32,848 nucleotides of DNA. Source: Peduovirus P24A7b. The translations under genes were made by a program, and so were the position numbers. The notes under the pieces were generated by a model. That model was not told the DNA's origin and made no database searches. It saw only the letters and a list, made by a program, of their open reading frames with translations. This document shows positions 18,674 through 27,907 of the stretch, one piece after another. Location of the stretch: sequence record NC_049390.1; one strand, written 5' to 3'. Position 1 is the stretch's first letter. Each line of letters starts with the position of its first letter.

Positions 18674-19192
18674 ATGGCAATGCCGCGCAAACTCAAGTTA
18701 ATGAACGTCTTTCTGAACGGCTACAGCTATCAGGGCGTTGCAAAGTCCGTCACGCTGCCAAAACTGACCCGTAAGCTCGAAAACTATCGCGGTGCGGGGA
18801 TGAACGGCAGCGCACCGGTAGACCTCGGCCTTGATGACGATGCGCTGTCAATGGAGTGGTCGCTCGGTGGCTTCCCGGATTCGGTTATCTGGGAGCTTTA
18901 CGCCGCAACCGGCGTGGATGCCGTGCCGATTCGGTTTGCAGGCTCTTACCAGCGTGATGATACCGGCGAAACGGTGGCCGTCGAAGTGGTCATGCGTGGA
19001 CGTCAGAAAGAAATCGACACCGGCGAGGGTAAACAGGGAGAAGACACCGAGTCGAAAATCTCCGTGGTCTGCACCTATTTCCGGCTGACGATGGACGGTA
19101 AGGAGCTGGTCGAAATCGACACCATCAACATGATTGAGAAGGTGAACGGCGTCGACCGGCTGGAGCAACACCGCCGCAATATCGGCCTGTGA
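18674..19192 (+). CDS. FII: Tail tube protein
   Basis: 172 aa, matches P2 gpFII. Confidence 0.95.
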   Translation: MAMPRKLKLMNVFLNGYSYQGVAKSVTLPKLTRKLENYRGAGMNGSAPVDLGLDDDALSMEWSLGGFPDSVIWELYAATGVDAVPIRFAGSYQRDDTGETVAVEVVMRGRQKEIDTGEGKQGEDTESKISVVCTYFRLTMDGKELVEIDTINMIEKVNGVDRLEQHRRNIGL

Positions 19193-19248
19193 TTTTCATC
19201 CGGTCAGCCAGGCTGACCGGTTAACCCCGATTCAGATGTGAGAAAACC

Positions 19249-19524
19249 ATGAACAAAGAAAATGTGATTACCCTGGAAAATCCGGTCAAACGTGGTGAGC
19301 AGGTTATCAAACAGGTCACGCTGATGAAACCTAATGCCGGGACGCTTCGCGGTGTCAGTCTGGCTTCGGTCGCACACTCCGAAGTCGATGCACTTATTAA
19401 GGTGCTGCCGCGCATGACGGCACCGATGCTGACCGAGCAGGAAGTCGCCGCGCTGGAACTGCCTGACCTTGTGGAACTGGCCGGTAAGGTGGTCGGTTTT
19501 TTGTCGCCGAACTCGGTGCAGTGA
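19249..19524 (+). CDS. E: Tail assembly chaperone E
   Basis: 91 aa, matches P2 gpE; contains a T6-G slippery run near the 3' end. Confidence 0.9.
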   Translation: MNKENVITLENPVKRGEQVIKQVTLMKPNAGTLRGVSLASVAHSEVDALIKVLPRMTAPMLTEQEVAALELPDLVELAGKVVGFLSPNSVQ

Positions 19525-19676
19525 CGTTTCCGAAAAATCTGTCGGTCGATGACCTGATGGCGGATGTGGCAGTGATATTTCACTGGCCGCCATCAGAACT
19601 GTATCCCATGAGTCTGAGCGAACTCATCACATGGCGCGAAAAGGCGCTCCGGCGAAGCGGAAACACGAATGAGTAA
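19249..19676 (+). CDS. E+E': Tail assembly chaperone E+E' (programmed -1 frameshift product)
   Basis: Slippery TTTTTTG at 19497-19503; the -1 frame is open from there to a TAA at 19674-19676, giving a product of about 142 aa as in P2; the extension overlaps the start of T. Confidence 0.7.
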
Positions 19677-22116
19677 CAATGTAAAATTAAAGGTATTGCT
19701 CAGGGCTGTTGACCAGGCATCCCGCCCGTTTAAATCCATCCGCACAGCGAGTAAGTCGCTGTCGGGGGACATCCGGGAAACACAAAAATCGCTGCGCGAG
19801 CTGAACGGTCACGCATCCCGTATTGAGGGATTCCGCAAGACCAGTGCACAGCTAGCCGTGACTGGTCAGGAACTGAAAAAAGCCAGACAGGAAGCCGCAG
19901 CTCTGGCTGTCCAGTTTACAAATACTGAACGACCGACAAATGCACAGGCAAAGGCAATGGAAGCCGCGCGTAAAAACGCGTCTGAGTTACAGGCGAAATA
20001 TAACAGCCTGAGATTGTCGGTACAGCGCCAGCGTCAGGAATTGAGTCAGGCGGGTATTAATACCCGTAATCTGGCGCATGATGAACGAGGGCTGAAAAAT
20101 CGTATCAGCGAAACCACCACACAGCTTAACCGTCAGCGTGATGCGCTGGCGCGTGTCAGTGCGCAACAGGCAAAACTTAATGCAGTAAAACAGCGTTATC
20201 AGGTCGGAAAGGAACTGGCCGGAAATATGGCCTCGGTGGGCGCTGCCGGTGTGGGTATTGCGGCGGCGGGAACGATGGCCGGAGTTAAGCTGCTGATGCC
20301 CGGTTATGAGTTTGCGCAGAAAAACTCAGAATTACAGGCCGTGCTCGGTGTGGAAAAAGACTCTGCCGAAATGGCCGCGCTACGCAAGCAGGCGCGCCAG
20401 CTCGGCGACAATACCGCCGCCTCGGCAGATGATGCAGCCGGTGCACAGATTATCATCGCGAAAGCGGGTGGGGATGTTGATGCCATTCAGGCGGCAACGC
20501 CGGTCACGCTGAATATGGCGCTGGCGAACCGTCGCACGATGGAAGAAAACGCCGCCCTGCTGATGGGGATGAAATCCGCCTTTCAGCTTTCAAACGATAA
20601 GGTCGCTCATATCGGGGATGTTCTCTCCATGACGATGAACAAAACCGCCGCCGATTTTGACGGTATGAGCGATGCGCTGACCTATGCCGCACCTGTGGCA
20701 AAAAATGCCGGTGTCAGCATTGAAGAAACCGCCGCAATGGTCGGGGCGCTGCATGATGCAAAAATTACCGGTTCAATGGCGGGGACGGGAAGCCGTGCCG
20801 TGTTAAGCCGTCTGCAGTCACCGACGGGAAAAGCATGGGATGCACTCAAAGAGCTTGGCGTGAAAACCTCAGACAGCAAGGGAAACACCCGGCCAGTATT
20901 TACCATTCTGAAAGAAATGCAGGCCAGTTTTGAGAAAAACCGACTCGGTACTGCCCAGCAGGCTGAATACATGAAAACCATTTTCGGGGAGGAGGCCAGC
21001 TCAGCCGCCGCTGTGCTGATGACTGCCGCCTCAACCGGAAAGCTGGACAAACTGACCGCTGCGTTTAAAGCCTCAGACGGGAAAACTGCAGAGCTGGTAA
21101 ATATCATGCAGGACAATCTCGGCGGTGACTTTAAGGAGTTTCAGTCCGCTTATGAGGCGGTGGGGACAGACCTGTTTGACCAGCAGGAAGGCGCACTGCG
21201 TAATCTCACGCAGACGGCCACAAAGTATGTGTTAAAACTCGACGGCTGGATCCAGAAAAACAAATCACTGGCGTCAACCATCGGCATCATTGCCGGTGGT
21301 GCACTGGCACTGACTGGTGTCATCGGTGCCATTGGCCTCGTAGCCTGGCCGGTTATCACCGGCATCAATGCCATCATCGCGGCAGCAGGCGCAATGGGGG
21401 CAATTTTCACGACGGTTGGCAGTGCTGTTATGGCCGCCATCGGGGCGATTAGCTGGCCGGTTGTGGCCGTGGTGGCCGCCATTGTCGCCGGGGCGTTGCT
21501 TATCCGTAAATACTGGGAGCCTGTCAGCGCATTCTTTGGCGGTGTGGTGGAAGGGCTGAAAGCGGCATTTGCGCCGGTGGGGGAACTGTTCACGCCACTG
21601 AAGCCGGTGTTTGACTGGCTGGGCGAAAAGTTACAGGCCGCGTGGCAGTGGTTTAAAAACCTGATTGCCCCGGTTAAAGCAACACAGGACACCCTGAACC
21701 GTTGCCGTGACACGGGCGTCATGTTCGGGCAGGCACTGGCTGACGCGTTGATGCTGCCGCTTAATGCGTTCAACAAACTGCGCAGCGGTATTGACTGGGT
21801 ACTGGAAAAGCTCGGGGTCATCAACAAAGAGTCAGACACACTTGACCAGACCGCCGCCAGAACTCATGCCGCCACGTATGGCACCGGTGGTTATATTCCG
21901 GCGACCAGCTCTTATGCAGGCTATCAGGCTTATCAGCCGGTTACGGCACCGGCTGGCCGCTCTTATGTAGACCAGAGTAAAAACGAATATCACATTAACC
22001 TGACGGGTGGTTCTGCGCCGGGAACACAGCTTGACCGCCAGTTACAGGATGCGCTCGAAAAATACGAGCGGGATAAACGTGCGCGCGCCCGTGCCAGCAT
22101 GATGCATGACGGTTAA
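19669..22116 (+). CDS. T: Tail tape-measure protein
   Basis: 815 aa, Ala/Gly-rich with hydrophobic central segments; matches P2 gpT length and position. Confidence 0.95.
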   Translation: MSNNVKLKVLLRAVDQASRPFKSIRTASKSLSGDIRETQKSLRELNGHASRIEGFRKTSAQLAVTGQELKKARQEAAALAVQFTNTERPTNAQAKAMEAARKNASELQAKYNSLRLSVQRQRQELSQAGINTRNLAHDERGLKNRISETTTQLNRQRDALARVSAQQAKLNAVKQRYQVGKELAGNMASVGAAGVGIAAAGTMAGVKLLMPGYEFAQKNSELQAVLGVEKDSAEMAALRKQARQLGDNTAASADDAAGAQIIIAKAGGDVDAIQAATPVTLNMALANRRTMEENAALLMGMKSAFQLSNDKVAHIGDVLSMTMNKTAADFDGMSDALTYAAPVAKNAGVSIEETAAMVGALHDAKITGSMAGTGSRAVLSRLQSPTGKAWDALKELGVKTSDSKGNTRPVFTILKEMQASFEKNRLGTAQQAEYMKTIFGEEASSAAAVLMTAASTGKLDKLTAAFKASDGKTAELVNIMQDNLGGDFKEFQSAYEAVGTDLFDQQEGALRNLTQTATKYVLKLDGWIQKNKSLASTIGIIAGGALALTGVIGAIGLVAWPVITGINAIIAAAGAMGAIFTTVGSAVMAAIGAISWPVVAVVAAIVAGALLIRKYWEPVSAFFGGVVEGLKAAFAPVGELFTPLKPVFDWLGEKLQAAWQWFKNLIAPVKATQDTLNRCRDTGVMFGQALADALMLPLNAFNKLRSGIDWVLEKLGVINKESDTLDQTAARTHAATYGTGGYIPATSSYAGYQAYQPVTAPAGRSYVDQSKNEYHINLTGGSAPGTQLDRQLQDALEKYERDKRARARASMMHDG

Positions 22117-22130
22117 GGAGGTGACGAAAA

Positions 22131-22610
22131 ATGATGCTCGCGTTAGGTATGTTTGTTTTTATGCGCCAGACGCTGCCACACCAGACCATGCAGCGTGAAT
22201 CAGATTATCGCTGGCCGTCAAATTCCCGTATCGGTAAACGGGATGCCTACCAGTTTCTCGGTGTTGGCGAGGAAAACATGACGCTTGCCGGTGTGCTTTA
22301 TCCCGAACTGACCGGCGGCAAGCTGACGATGACCACGCTCAGGATGATGGCTGAGGAAGGCCGGGCGTGGCCGTTGCTGGATGGCACCGGCATGATTTAC
22401 GGCATGTATGTCATCAGCAGGGTGAGTGAAACAGGGAGTATTTTCTTTGCAGACGGCACACCCCGAAAAATTGATTTTACGCTGTCGCTCACCCGCGTTG
22501 ATGAATCACTGGCCGCGCTTTATGGCGATATCGGTAAACAGGCGGAATCGCTCATCGGTAAGGCTGGCAGTATGGCGACCAGATTCACAGGTATGACGGG
22601 GGCGGGATAA
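22131..22610 (+). CDS. U: Tail protein U
   Basis: 159 aa, matches P2 gpU. Confidence 0.93.
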   Translation: MMLALGMFVFMRQTLPHQTMQRESDYRWPSNSRIGKRDAYQFLGVGEENMTLAGVLYPELTGGKLTMTTLRMMAEEGRAWPLLDGTGMIYGMYVISRVSETGSIFFADGTPRKIDFTLSLTRVDESLAALYGDIGKQAESLIGKAGSMATRFTGMTGAG

Positions 22611-23773
22611 TGCTGGATGCGCTGACATTTGATGCAGGCAGTACGCTGACGCCGGATTACATGCTGATGCTCGACAGCAGGGATATTACCGGCAATATCA
22701 GCGACCGTCTGATGAGCATGACCCTGACGGATAACCGGGGCTTTGAGGCTGACCAGCTTGATATTGAACTGAACGATGCCGACGGGCAGGTCGGGCTGCC
22801 GGTTCGTGGCGCTGTCCTGACGGTGTATATCGGCTGGAAAGGTTTTGCCCTGGTATGCAAAGGGGAATTTACCGTTGATGAGGTTGAACACCGGGGCGCA
22901 CCGGATGTGGTCACCATCCGCGCCCGGAGTGCAGATTTTCGCGGGACGCTCAATTCCCGCCGTGAAGGCTCCTGGCATGACACCACGCTCGGTGCGATTG
23001 TTGAAGCGATAGCCTCCCGTAACAGGCTGGAAGCCAGTGTCGCTCCGTCACTGGCCGGAATTAAAATTCCGCACATCGACCAGTCGCAGGAGTCTGATGC
23101 GAAATTCCTGACCCGCCTTGCTGAACGCAACGGCGGTGAGGTGTCGGTAAAAATGGGAAAACTGCTGTTTCTCAAAGCGGGGCAGGGGGTGACGGCCAGC
23201 GGTAAAAAAATCCCGCATATTACCATCACCCGCAGCGACGGCGACCGTCATCATTTTGCGATTGCTGACCGTGGAGCTTACACCGGCGTAACGGCAAAGT
23301 GGTTACACACCAAAGACCCGAAGCCGCAAAAGCAGAAGGTAAAACTGAAACGCAAAAAGAAAGAGAAACACCTGCGCGCACTGGAGCACCCGAAAGCGAA
23401 ACCGGTCACGCAGAAGAAAGCGCCAAAAGTACCGGAAGCGCGCGAAGGTGAATACATGGCCGGTGAGGCTGACAACGTTTTTGCCCTGACTACGGTATAT
23501 GCCACAAAAGCGCAGGCCATGCGTGCCGCTCAGGCGAAGTGGGATAAACTGCAACGGGGCGTTGCGGAGTTCTCCATCATCCTGGCTACCGGTCGTGCAG
23601 ATATTTACACGGAAACGCCGGTCAAAGTGTCAGGCTTTAAGCGCGTCATAGACGAGCAGGACTGGACAATCACTAAGGTGACACATTTTCTGAATAATAG
23701 CGGCTTCACGACGTCCTTAGAGCTTGAGGTCAGGCTTTCTGATGTGGAGTACGAAACAGAAGATAATGAGTAA
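22610..23773 (+). CDS. D: Tail protein D (late control gene D)
   Basis: 387 aa, matches P2 gpD. Confidence 0.93.
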   Translation: MLDALTFDAGSTLTPDYMLMLDSRDITGNISDRLMSMTLTDNRGFEADQLDIELNDADGQVGLPVRGAVLTVYIGWKGFALVCKGEFTVDEVEHRGAPDVVTIRARSADFRGTLNSRREGSWHDTTLGAIVEAIASRNRLEASVAPSLAGIKIPHIDQSQESDAKFLTRLAERNGGEVSVKMGKLLFLKAGQGVTASGKKIPHITITRSDGDRHHFAIADRGAYTGVTAKWLHTKDPKPQKQKVKLKRKKKEKHLRALEHPKAKPVTQKKAPKVPEAREGEYMAGEADNVFALTTVYATKAQAMRAAQAKWDKLQRGVAEFSIILATGRADIYTETPVKVSGFKRVIDEQDWTITKVTHFLNNSGFTTSLELEVRLSDVEYETEDNE

Positions 23774-23791
23774 TATGTTTTGTTTATCTGT

Positions 23792-23820
23792 TTGTTTTAT
23801 AAGGATAAATTAACTAAAAT
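23792..23820 (+). promoter_or_regulatory. Candidate sigma70 promoter for ogr
   Basis: TTGTTT (23792-23797) - 17 bp - TAAAAT (23815-23820), about 35 bp upstream of the ogr ATG. Confidence 0.35.
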
Positions 23821-23854
23821 GGCACCATCAACAAAACCGGAAGAGGTGCTCGCG

Positions 23855-24073
23855 ATGTTTCATTGTCCTTTATGCCAGCATGCCGCACATGCGCGTACAA
23901 GTCGCTATATCACTGACACGACAAAAGAGCGTTATCACCAGTGCCAGAACGTGAATTGCAGCGCCACGTTCATCACTTATGAGTCGGTACAGCGATACAT
24001 CGTGAAGCCGGGAGAAGTCCACGCCGTAAGGCCGCACCCGTTGCCGTCAGGGCAGCAAATTATGTGGATGTAA
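23855..24073 (+). CDS. ogr: Late-gene transcription activator Ogr (zinc-finger)
   Basis: Trimmed to ATG at 23855 (MFHCPLCQHAAHARTSRYITDT...CQNVNCSATF...), 72 aa with a Cys4 zinc-binding motif, as P2 Ogr. Confidence 0.93.
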   Translation: MFHCPLCQHAAHARTSRYITDTTKERYHQCQNVNCSATFITYESVQRYIVKPGEVHAVRPHPLPSGQQIMWM

Positions 24074-24083
24074 TTACAAACAG

Positions 24084-24111
24084 AAAGCCCCTCAGTTGAG
24101 GGGCTTTTTTT
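24084..24111 (+). terminator. Intrinsic terminator after ogr
   Basis: AAAGCCCCTC-agtt-GAGGGGCTTT hairpin followed by a T7 run. Confidence 0.8.
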
Positions 24112-24289
24112 GTCGATGTGGTCAATGTGTGGACGTGACCAGAAATAAATCCTTTTATTTCATGCAATTAGATATCAAAAAATGTCACCAATAACTGACT
24201 TGGTAGCCCCCGCCGTAGCGGTATTTTCTGTTGTATTACAATTAGTTAAATTACTCATATCGCTTCAATTGGCTCTAGTTAACTCTGGT
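24112..24289. other. attP region (core not resolved) with candidate Int arm-type repeats
   Basis: Lies between ogr and the 3' end of int, as attP does in P2; TGGAC-containing direct repeats on both sides (24114-24134; 24290-24308, the latter overlapping the int 3' end). Confidence 0.5.
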
Positions 24290-25285
24290 TTATGGACGCA
24301 TTATGGACATTCCTGACACCGGGTTAAGAGTCACAGCATCTTGTAAGAAATCCGGTGCAAAGTGTGCGTAGGTCATAGTTTGCTGAATGTTAGAATGACC
24401 CAGGATGCGCTGCAATGTGATTATGTTACCTCCATTCATTATAAAATGTGTGGCAAATGTATGCCTCAAAACATGTACTGCTTGTCCGTCAGGTAAATCG
24501 GGTTTTACTTCCCTGAGAGCGTTACGCACTTTGTAGTAACTGGCATTAAAAAGCCTGCCTGAATTTTTGGTCTTGATCCGTTTAATCAGGTCCTGCGAAA
24601 CGGGAATTGTCCTGCGTTTTCCGTTTTTAGTTTTCATAAACGTAACCATCTGGTTAATGATGTGTTCAGCTTTTAAATTAGACACTTCACTCCAGCGTCC
24701 ACCAGTAGAAAGGCAGACCAGAGTTGCATTTAATTCATCACCATCAAGCATGGATAACAGCCGCGTAATCTCTTCACTGGACAAAAAAGCCATTTCCGTA
24801 ACAGCTTCACGTAACCGTTTAATCTCACGGAACGGGTTGTGGGAGTGGTATTCACCGGCGTCAATTAACTTGGTGAACATCCCGCTCATTATTGCCAGAT
24901 GTCGATTTACGCTGGCTGGTTTTAGACCATCGTTCATCATTACAACGCGATAATCAGTTATCGTTTTCTTTGTTAGCTGGTCAGCTCTGGACACTCCCAT
25001 TTCTGCAAATTTGGCGATTATTGTCGTTAAACGCCCCCGTTCAATATCTCCACGCTCATGTGATTTTCCGTGATATATCCACCATCTACCTAACAACTCT
25101 GTAAGAGTTCGGCGGTCGGCTGGTTTCTCCAACCACTCTTTGTTGTGGTAGTTAACCAGTACATGACGTTCGAATGCCTGAGCTTCACCTTTAGTTTTAA
25201 ATTTCCGCCTGATACGTTTTCCATCTGCACCCTGCGGTCTGACGTCCACTTCATAACGACCATCATCGAGCTTTTTAATAGACAT
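24290..25285 (-). CDS. int: Tyrosine integrase
   Basis: 331 aa; N-terminus MSIKKLDDGRYEVDVRP... and C-terminal catalytic region ...HVLRHTFATHF...LGHSNIQQTMTYAHF... match P2 Int. Confidence 0.93.
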   Translation of the reverse strand: MSIKKLDDGRYEVDVRPQGADGKRIRRKFKTKGEAQAFERHVLVNYHNKEWLEKPADRRTLTELLGRWWIYHGKSHERGDIERGRLTTIIAKFAEMGVSRADQLTKKTITDYRVVMMNDGLKPASVNRHLAIMSGMFTKLIDAGEYHSHNPFREIKRLREAVTEMAFLSSEEITRLLSMLDGDELNATLVCLSTGGRWSEVSNLKAEHIINQMVTFMKTKNGKRRTIPVSQDLIKRIKTKNSGRLFNASYYKVRNALREVKPDLPDGQAVHVLRHTFATHFIMNGGNIITLQRILGHSNIQQTMTYAHFAPDFLQDAVTLNPVSGMSIMRP

Positions 25286-25378
25286 AAAGCCCTCCGATGA
25301 CGCTGTTTACTTCTACTACTTGAAAATTAATGCAATTTTCTTTCGTACATTTACTACACACATATGCTGAATAAATCG

Positions 25379-25678
25379 TCAGCCAGTCTTCTGGTCTGAG
25401 TGGTGCAAGGTTGTTGAGTCTTGCCCAATGTGTGCGAGAGCCGGGGCTATTTGTCCAGCTGCTGGATCTGTTTCATCAAACATGAACCAGTCACGATACT
25501 TGCGAAAGCGTGGATGCTTAAACAGCTTCATACCTGCTTCCATAGGCATTTTTGATTTTCCTGATTCATATCCATGATATGTGTAGTAATTAATTCCAAT
25601 TAATTCAGCAAGTTCCTTAGTTTTAAGGCGTTCGGATTCACGGATGAGCTTTAGTTTCTCACTTTGTTCACTTGACAT
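25379..25678 (-). CDS. C: Immunity repressor C
   Basis: Trimmed to ATG at 25678 (MSSEQSEKLKLIRESERL...), 99 aa; HTH N-terminus and C-terminal ...GQIAPALAH.GQ......HS.QKTG matching P2 C. Confidence 0.88.
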   Translation of the reverse strand: MSSEQSEKLKLIRESERLKTKELAELIGINYYTYHGYESGKSKMPMEAGMKLFKHPRFRKYRDWFMFDETDPAAGQIAPALAHIGQDSTTLHHSDQKTG

Positions 25679-25771
25679 AATTTTGCTAATCTCCAATTAT
25701 ATTGCTACTTGGCAATTTGTGACTCACTCAAAAAGGCTCTAGATGGCTCCAGTTGGTGAATCGCAAATCTT
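25679..25771. promoter_or_regulatory. Early transcriptional switch region (Pe/Pc equivalents with operator repeats)
   Basis: 93-bp interval between divergent C and cox; direct TTGCTA repeats at 25683-25688 and 25702-25707; TTGACA at 25672-25677 overlapping the C start codon. Exact promoters not resolved. Confidence 0.45.
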
Positions 25772-26143
25772 ATGGAGGATAGCAAAGTGACGACAAATGT
25801 AGAAATTTCTTGTCCAACTAGCGATGAGGCAAGTTTCGAAAATGAAGCCAAACGTAAAAGCATTCAGATTTCAGAGCGCCCATCTGATTTGCTGTCGAAA
25901 GAAGGTTTTGCTCTTTACATCGGTAAGACACCACGCGCGGTGGCTGAAATGGCTAAAGCAGGAAAGCTGCCAGCCTTCTACATGACAGACCCATTAAAAC
26001 CAAGAGGGAAAGCTGAATTATGGATTAATCGCTGTGAGTGGGACAAGTACGCAGCCCAACTGGTTGATGAAGCTCCGACAGAATGGCATGACTGGAAAAA
26101 TCGCATTAGTTACAGCAAATCAAGACATGGCCGTGCGGCTTAA
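25772..26143 (+). CDS. cox: Cox-like excisionase / early-switch repressor
   Basis: HTH-like segment FALYIGKTPRAVAEMAKAGKLPAFYMTDP; first gene rightward of C. Start uncertain: the ATG at 25772 has no Shine-Dalgarno, while a GTG at 25787 sits 7 nt after GGAGGA. Confidence 0.7.
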   Translation: MEDSKVTTNVEISCPTSDEASFENEAKRKSIQISERPSDLLSKEGFALYIGKTPRAVAEMAKAGKLPAFYMTDPLKPRGKAELWINRCEWDKYAAQLVDEAPTEWHDWKNRISYSKSRHGRAA

Positions 26144-26153
26144 GGTGGAAAGG

Positions 26154-26324
26154 ATGAACGAGCCTCGTTGTATTGCTCAGTTATTGCGTAACGAAAGCCC
26201 CAGGGCGATTGACTTTACCATCACCCACGGGAAGGGACGCAAGGGAATCATTATCCGCACCAAAAAACAGAGTCCGTTAAAAAAGGCTCTGACCTTTCTG
26301 AAAAGCCAGAGGGTATGGAAATGA
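26154..26324 (+). CDS. Small basic hypothetical protein (56 aa), P2 orf78 position
   Basis: ATG at 26154 preceded by AAGGTGGAAAGG; the ORF-track entry 26034..26324 was trimmed because its 5' part overlaps cox. Confidence 0.45.
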   Translation: MNEPRCIAQLLRNESPRAIDFTITHGKGRKGIIIRTKKQSPLKKALTFLKSQRVWK

Positions 26325-26821
26325 CAGTGATGACGCTCAATCTCGTTGAAAAACAGCCAGCAACTATGCGCCGGATAATTGGTAAGCATCTGGCCGTCCC
26401 TCGCTGGCAGGAGACATGCGATTATTATAATCAGATGATGGAACGTGAACGGCTAACGGTTTGCTTCCATGCGCAGTTAAAACAGCGTCACGCAACGATG
26501 CGTTTTGAAGAAATGAACGACGTCGAACGTGAACGACTGGTATGTGCAATTGATGAATTGCGTGGGGCATTCTCAAAACGCCGTCAGGTTGGCGCAAGTG
26601 AGTATGCATATATTAGTTTTTTAACAGTCAGTCAGCGTCGCACTTTATTTATGCACGCTCGACTGACAGAAAAAGAATTTAACCAGCCATACTGGCGAAT
26701 TAATGAAGAATCATGTTACTGGCGTGATGCTTTATTCCGTGCATTACGTGAATTATTCAGTCTGTTTGAGTATGCACCGACAATTCTGACGTCGGTAAAA
26801 CCAGAGCAATATCTGCATTAA
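26315..26821 (+). CDS. B: Replication protein B (helicase-loader-like)
   Basis: 168 aa, ...MTLNLVEKQPATMRRIIGKHLAVPRWQETCDYYNQMMERERL...; matches P2 gpB. Start could be the ATG at 26321. Confidence 0.88.
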   Translation: MEMTVMTLNLVEKQPATMRRIIGKHLAVPRWQETCDYYNQMMERERLTVCFHAQLKQRHATMRFEEMNDVERERLVCAIDELRGAFSKRRQVGASEYAYISFLTVSQRRTLFMHARLTEKEFNQPYWRINEESCYWRDALFRALRELFSLFEYAPTILTSVKPEQYLH

Positions 26822-26884
26822 GTAATTAACCAGAGTTTTCAACGCACTTAATTGTGCGGGGCTTCTTTTTGCCTGGAGAAAGTC

Positions 26885-27109
26885 ATGCATACAGTTTCTG
26901 AAAATCAGTGCGGTATATACGCATTACTGCTGCAACAGGCCAGAACCGAAGCACAGGCCGACGCTGCGACGCGCTTTTCTTCTCATCTTGACGCCATGAT
27001 TCGCCACATCACAAAGGCTGAGTTATCCCGCGTGGAGATAGTCGAGCTGCTCAGTCAGGAGTCGGAAAAATTTCACAATATCGGATTGTCTCGTGGGGAG
27101 GTGCTTTGA
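26885..27109 (+). CDS. Hypothetical early protein (P2 orf80 position)
   Basis: Trimmed to ATG at 26885 (MHTVSENQ...) with GGAGAAAG upstream; 74 aa. Confidence 0.6.
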
Positions 27110-27411
27110 TGTCCTGTTCTCGTTCAATTGTATTACTGAATAACGCCTTAAAAATCGCCGTTATGGAAAATGGCGATTTGTCTCTTATTCAACTTGGTCT
27201 TGATAAAGAAAAGCGCGACATAACTGAATCTGTTATCGCGATTTATCAGAGCGAATTAAACCTCCTGTCTGATGTGATCAATTTACTTGTGAAACGCGCT
27301 GTATTTCACAAGCAAATTTCCTCAGTGGATGAACTGACAAAATTAACGACAGAACTCGCCAGCTATTGCGCTGATGAATTTAAAAAACTTAACGACAAAA
27401 GGAGCTGGTAA
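27106..27411 (+). CDS. Hypothetical early protein (P2 orf81 position)
   Basis: 101-aa ORF, ATGA-coupled to its neighbours. Confidence 0.7.
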
Positions 27412-27635
27412 TGCCGGACAACGTAGATTTTATTCAGGAACAACAGGCTGAATTACTGGAGCGTCAGATTAACGCGGCAAGGGTAAAACATTGCGGTGCT
27501 TCTGCGCTGGTTTGCGAAGAGTGTGACGCGCCAATACCTGCTGCCCGTCGTGCGGCTTATCCGTCAGCCACGCGTTGTGTTTCCTGTCAGTCAGTCTTTG
27601 AAGCAAAAAACAAACATTACCGGAGAACGGCATGA
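27411..27635 (+). CDS. TraR/DksA-family C4 zinc-finger protein (P2 orf82 position)
   Basis: 74 aa with C-x2-C-x17-C-x2-C (CEECDAP...CVSCQ), typical of TraR/DksA-like proteins. Confidence 0.75.
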   Translation: MPDNVDFIQEQQAELLERQINAARVKHCGASALVCEECDAPIPAARRAAYPSATRCVSCQSVFEAKNKHYRRTA

Positions 27636-27907
27636 GTATTCGTATCGAAATTGACGAACGTTATGTCGTTACCAGTGACAGCTTTCAGTTTATTCTCCAC
27701 GAGAAAAAGAGAGCGGAAAGCGGTAAAAATGCCGGTCAGGAATGGCTGGCGGTGGTTGGTTATTACCCGAAATTAAGCCAGCTCGTTTCCGGCCTGATGC
27801 ATCACGATATTCTGACCGGAAGCGCAAAATCTTTTGCCGATTTAAACGCGCAGGTTGAGCAACTCAGCAAGCGTTGTTCAGAGGCTTTTGGCTCACATGG
27901 CCGTTAA
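27632..27907 (+). CDS. Hypothetical early protein (P2 orf83 position)
   Basis: 91-aa ORF directly upstream of and overlapping A. Confidence 0.7.
   Translation: MSIRIEIDERYVVTSDSFQFILHEKKRAESGKNAGQEWLAVVGYYPKLSQLVSGLMHHDILTGSAKSFADLNAQVEQLSKRCSEAFGSHGR

Noticed and set aside
24112-24289. tRNA gene fragment at attP (common for phage integration sites)
   Set aside because: No T-arm/acceptor-like sequence (GGTTCGAATCC...CCA type) could be found by eye; integration target left unresolved rather than called as tRNA.
26034-26324. 96-aa ORF overlapping the 3' end of cox in another frame
   Set aside because: The 5' portion overlaps cox; trimmed to the internal ATG at 26154, which has a good Shine-Dalgarno sequence. 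The long form is probably an ORF-finder artefact.
26822-26884. Weak hairpin CGCAC-ttaatt-GTGCG followed by a T-rich run between B and the next early gene, as a possible internal terminator
   Set aside because: Stem is only 5 bp and the T-run is interrupted; too weak to call without transcript data.
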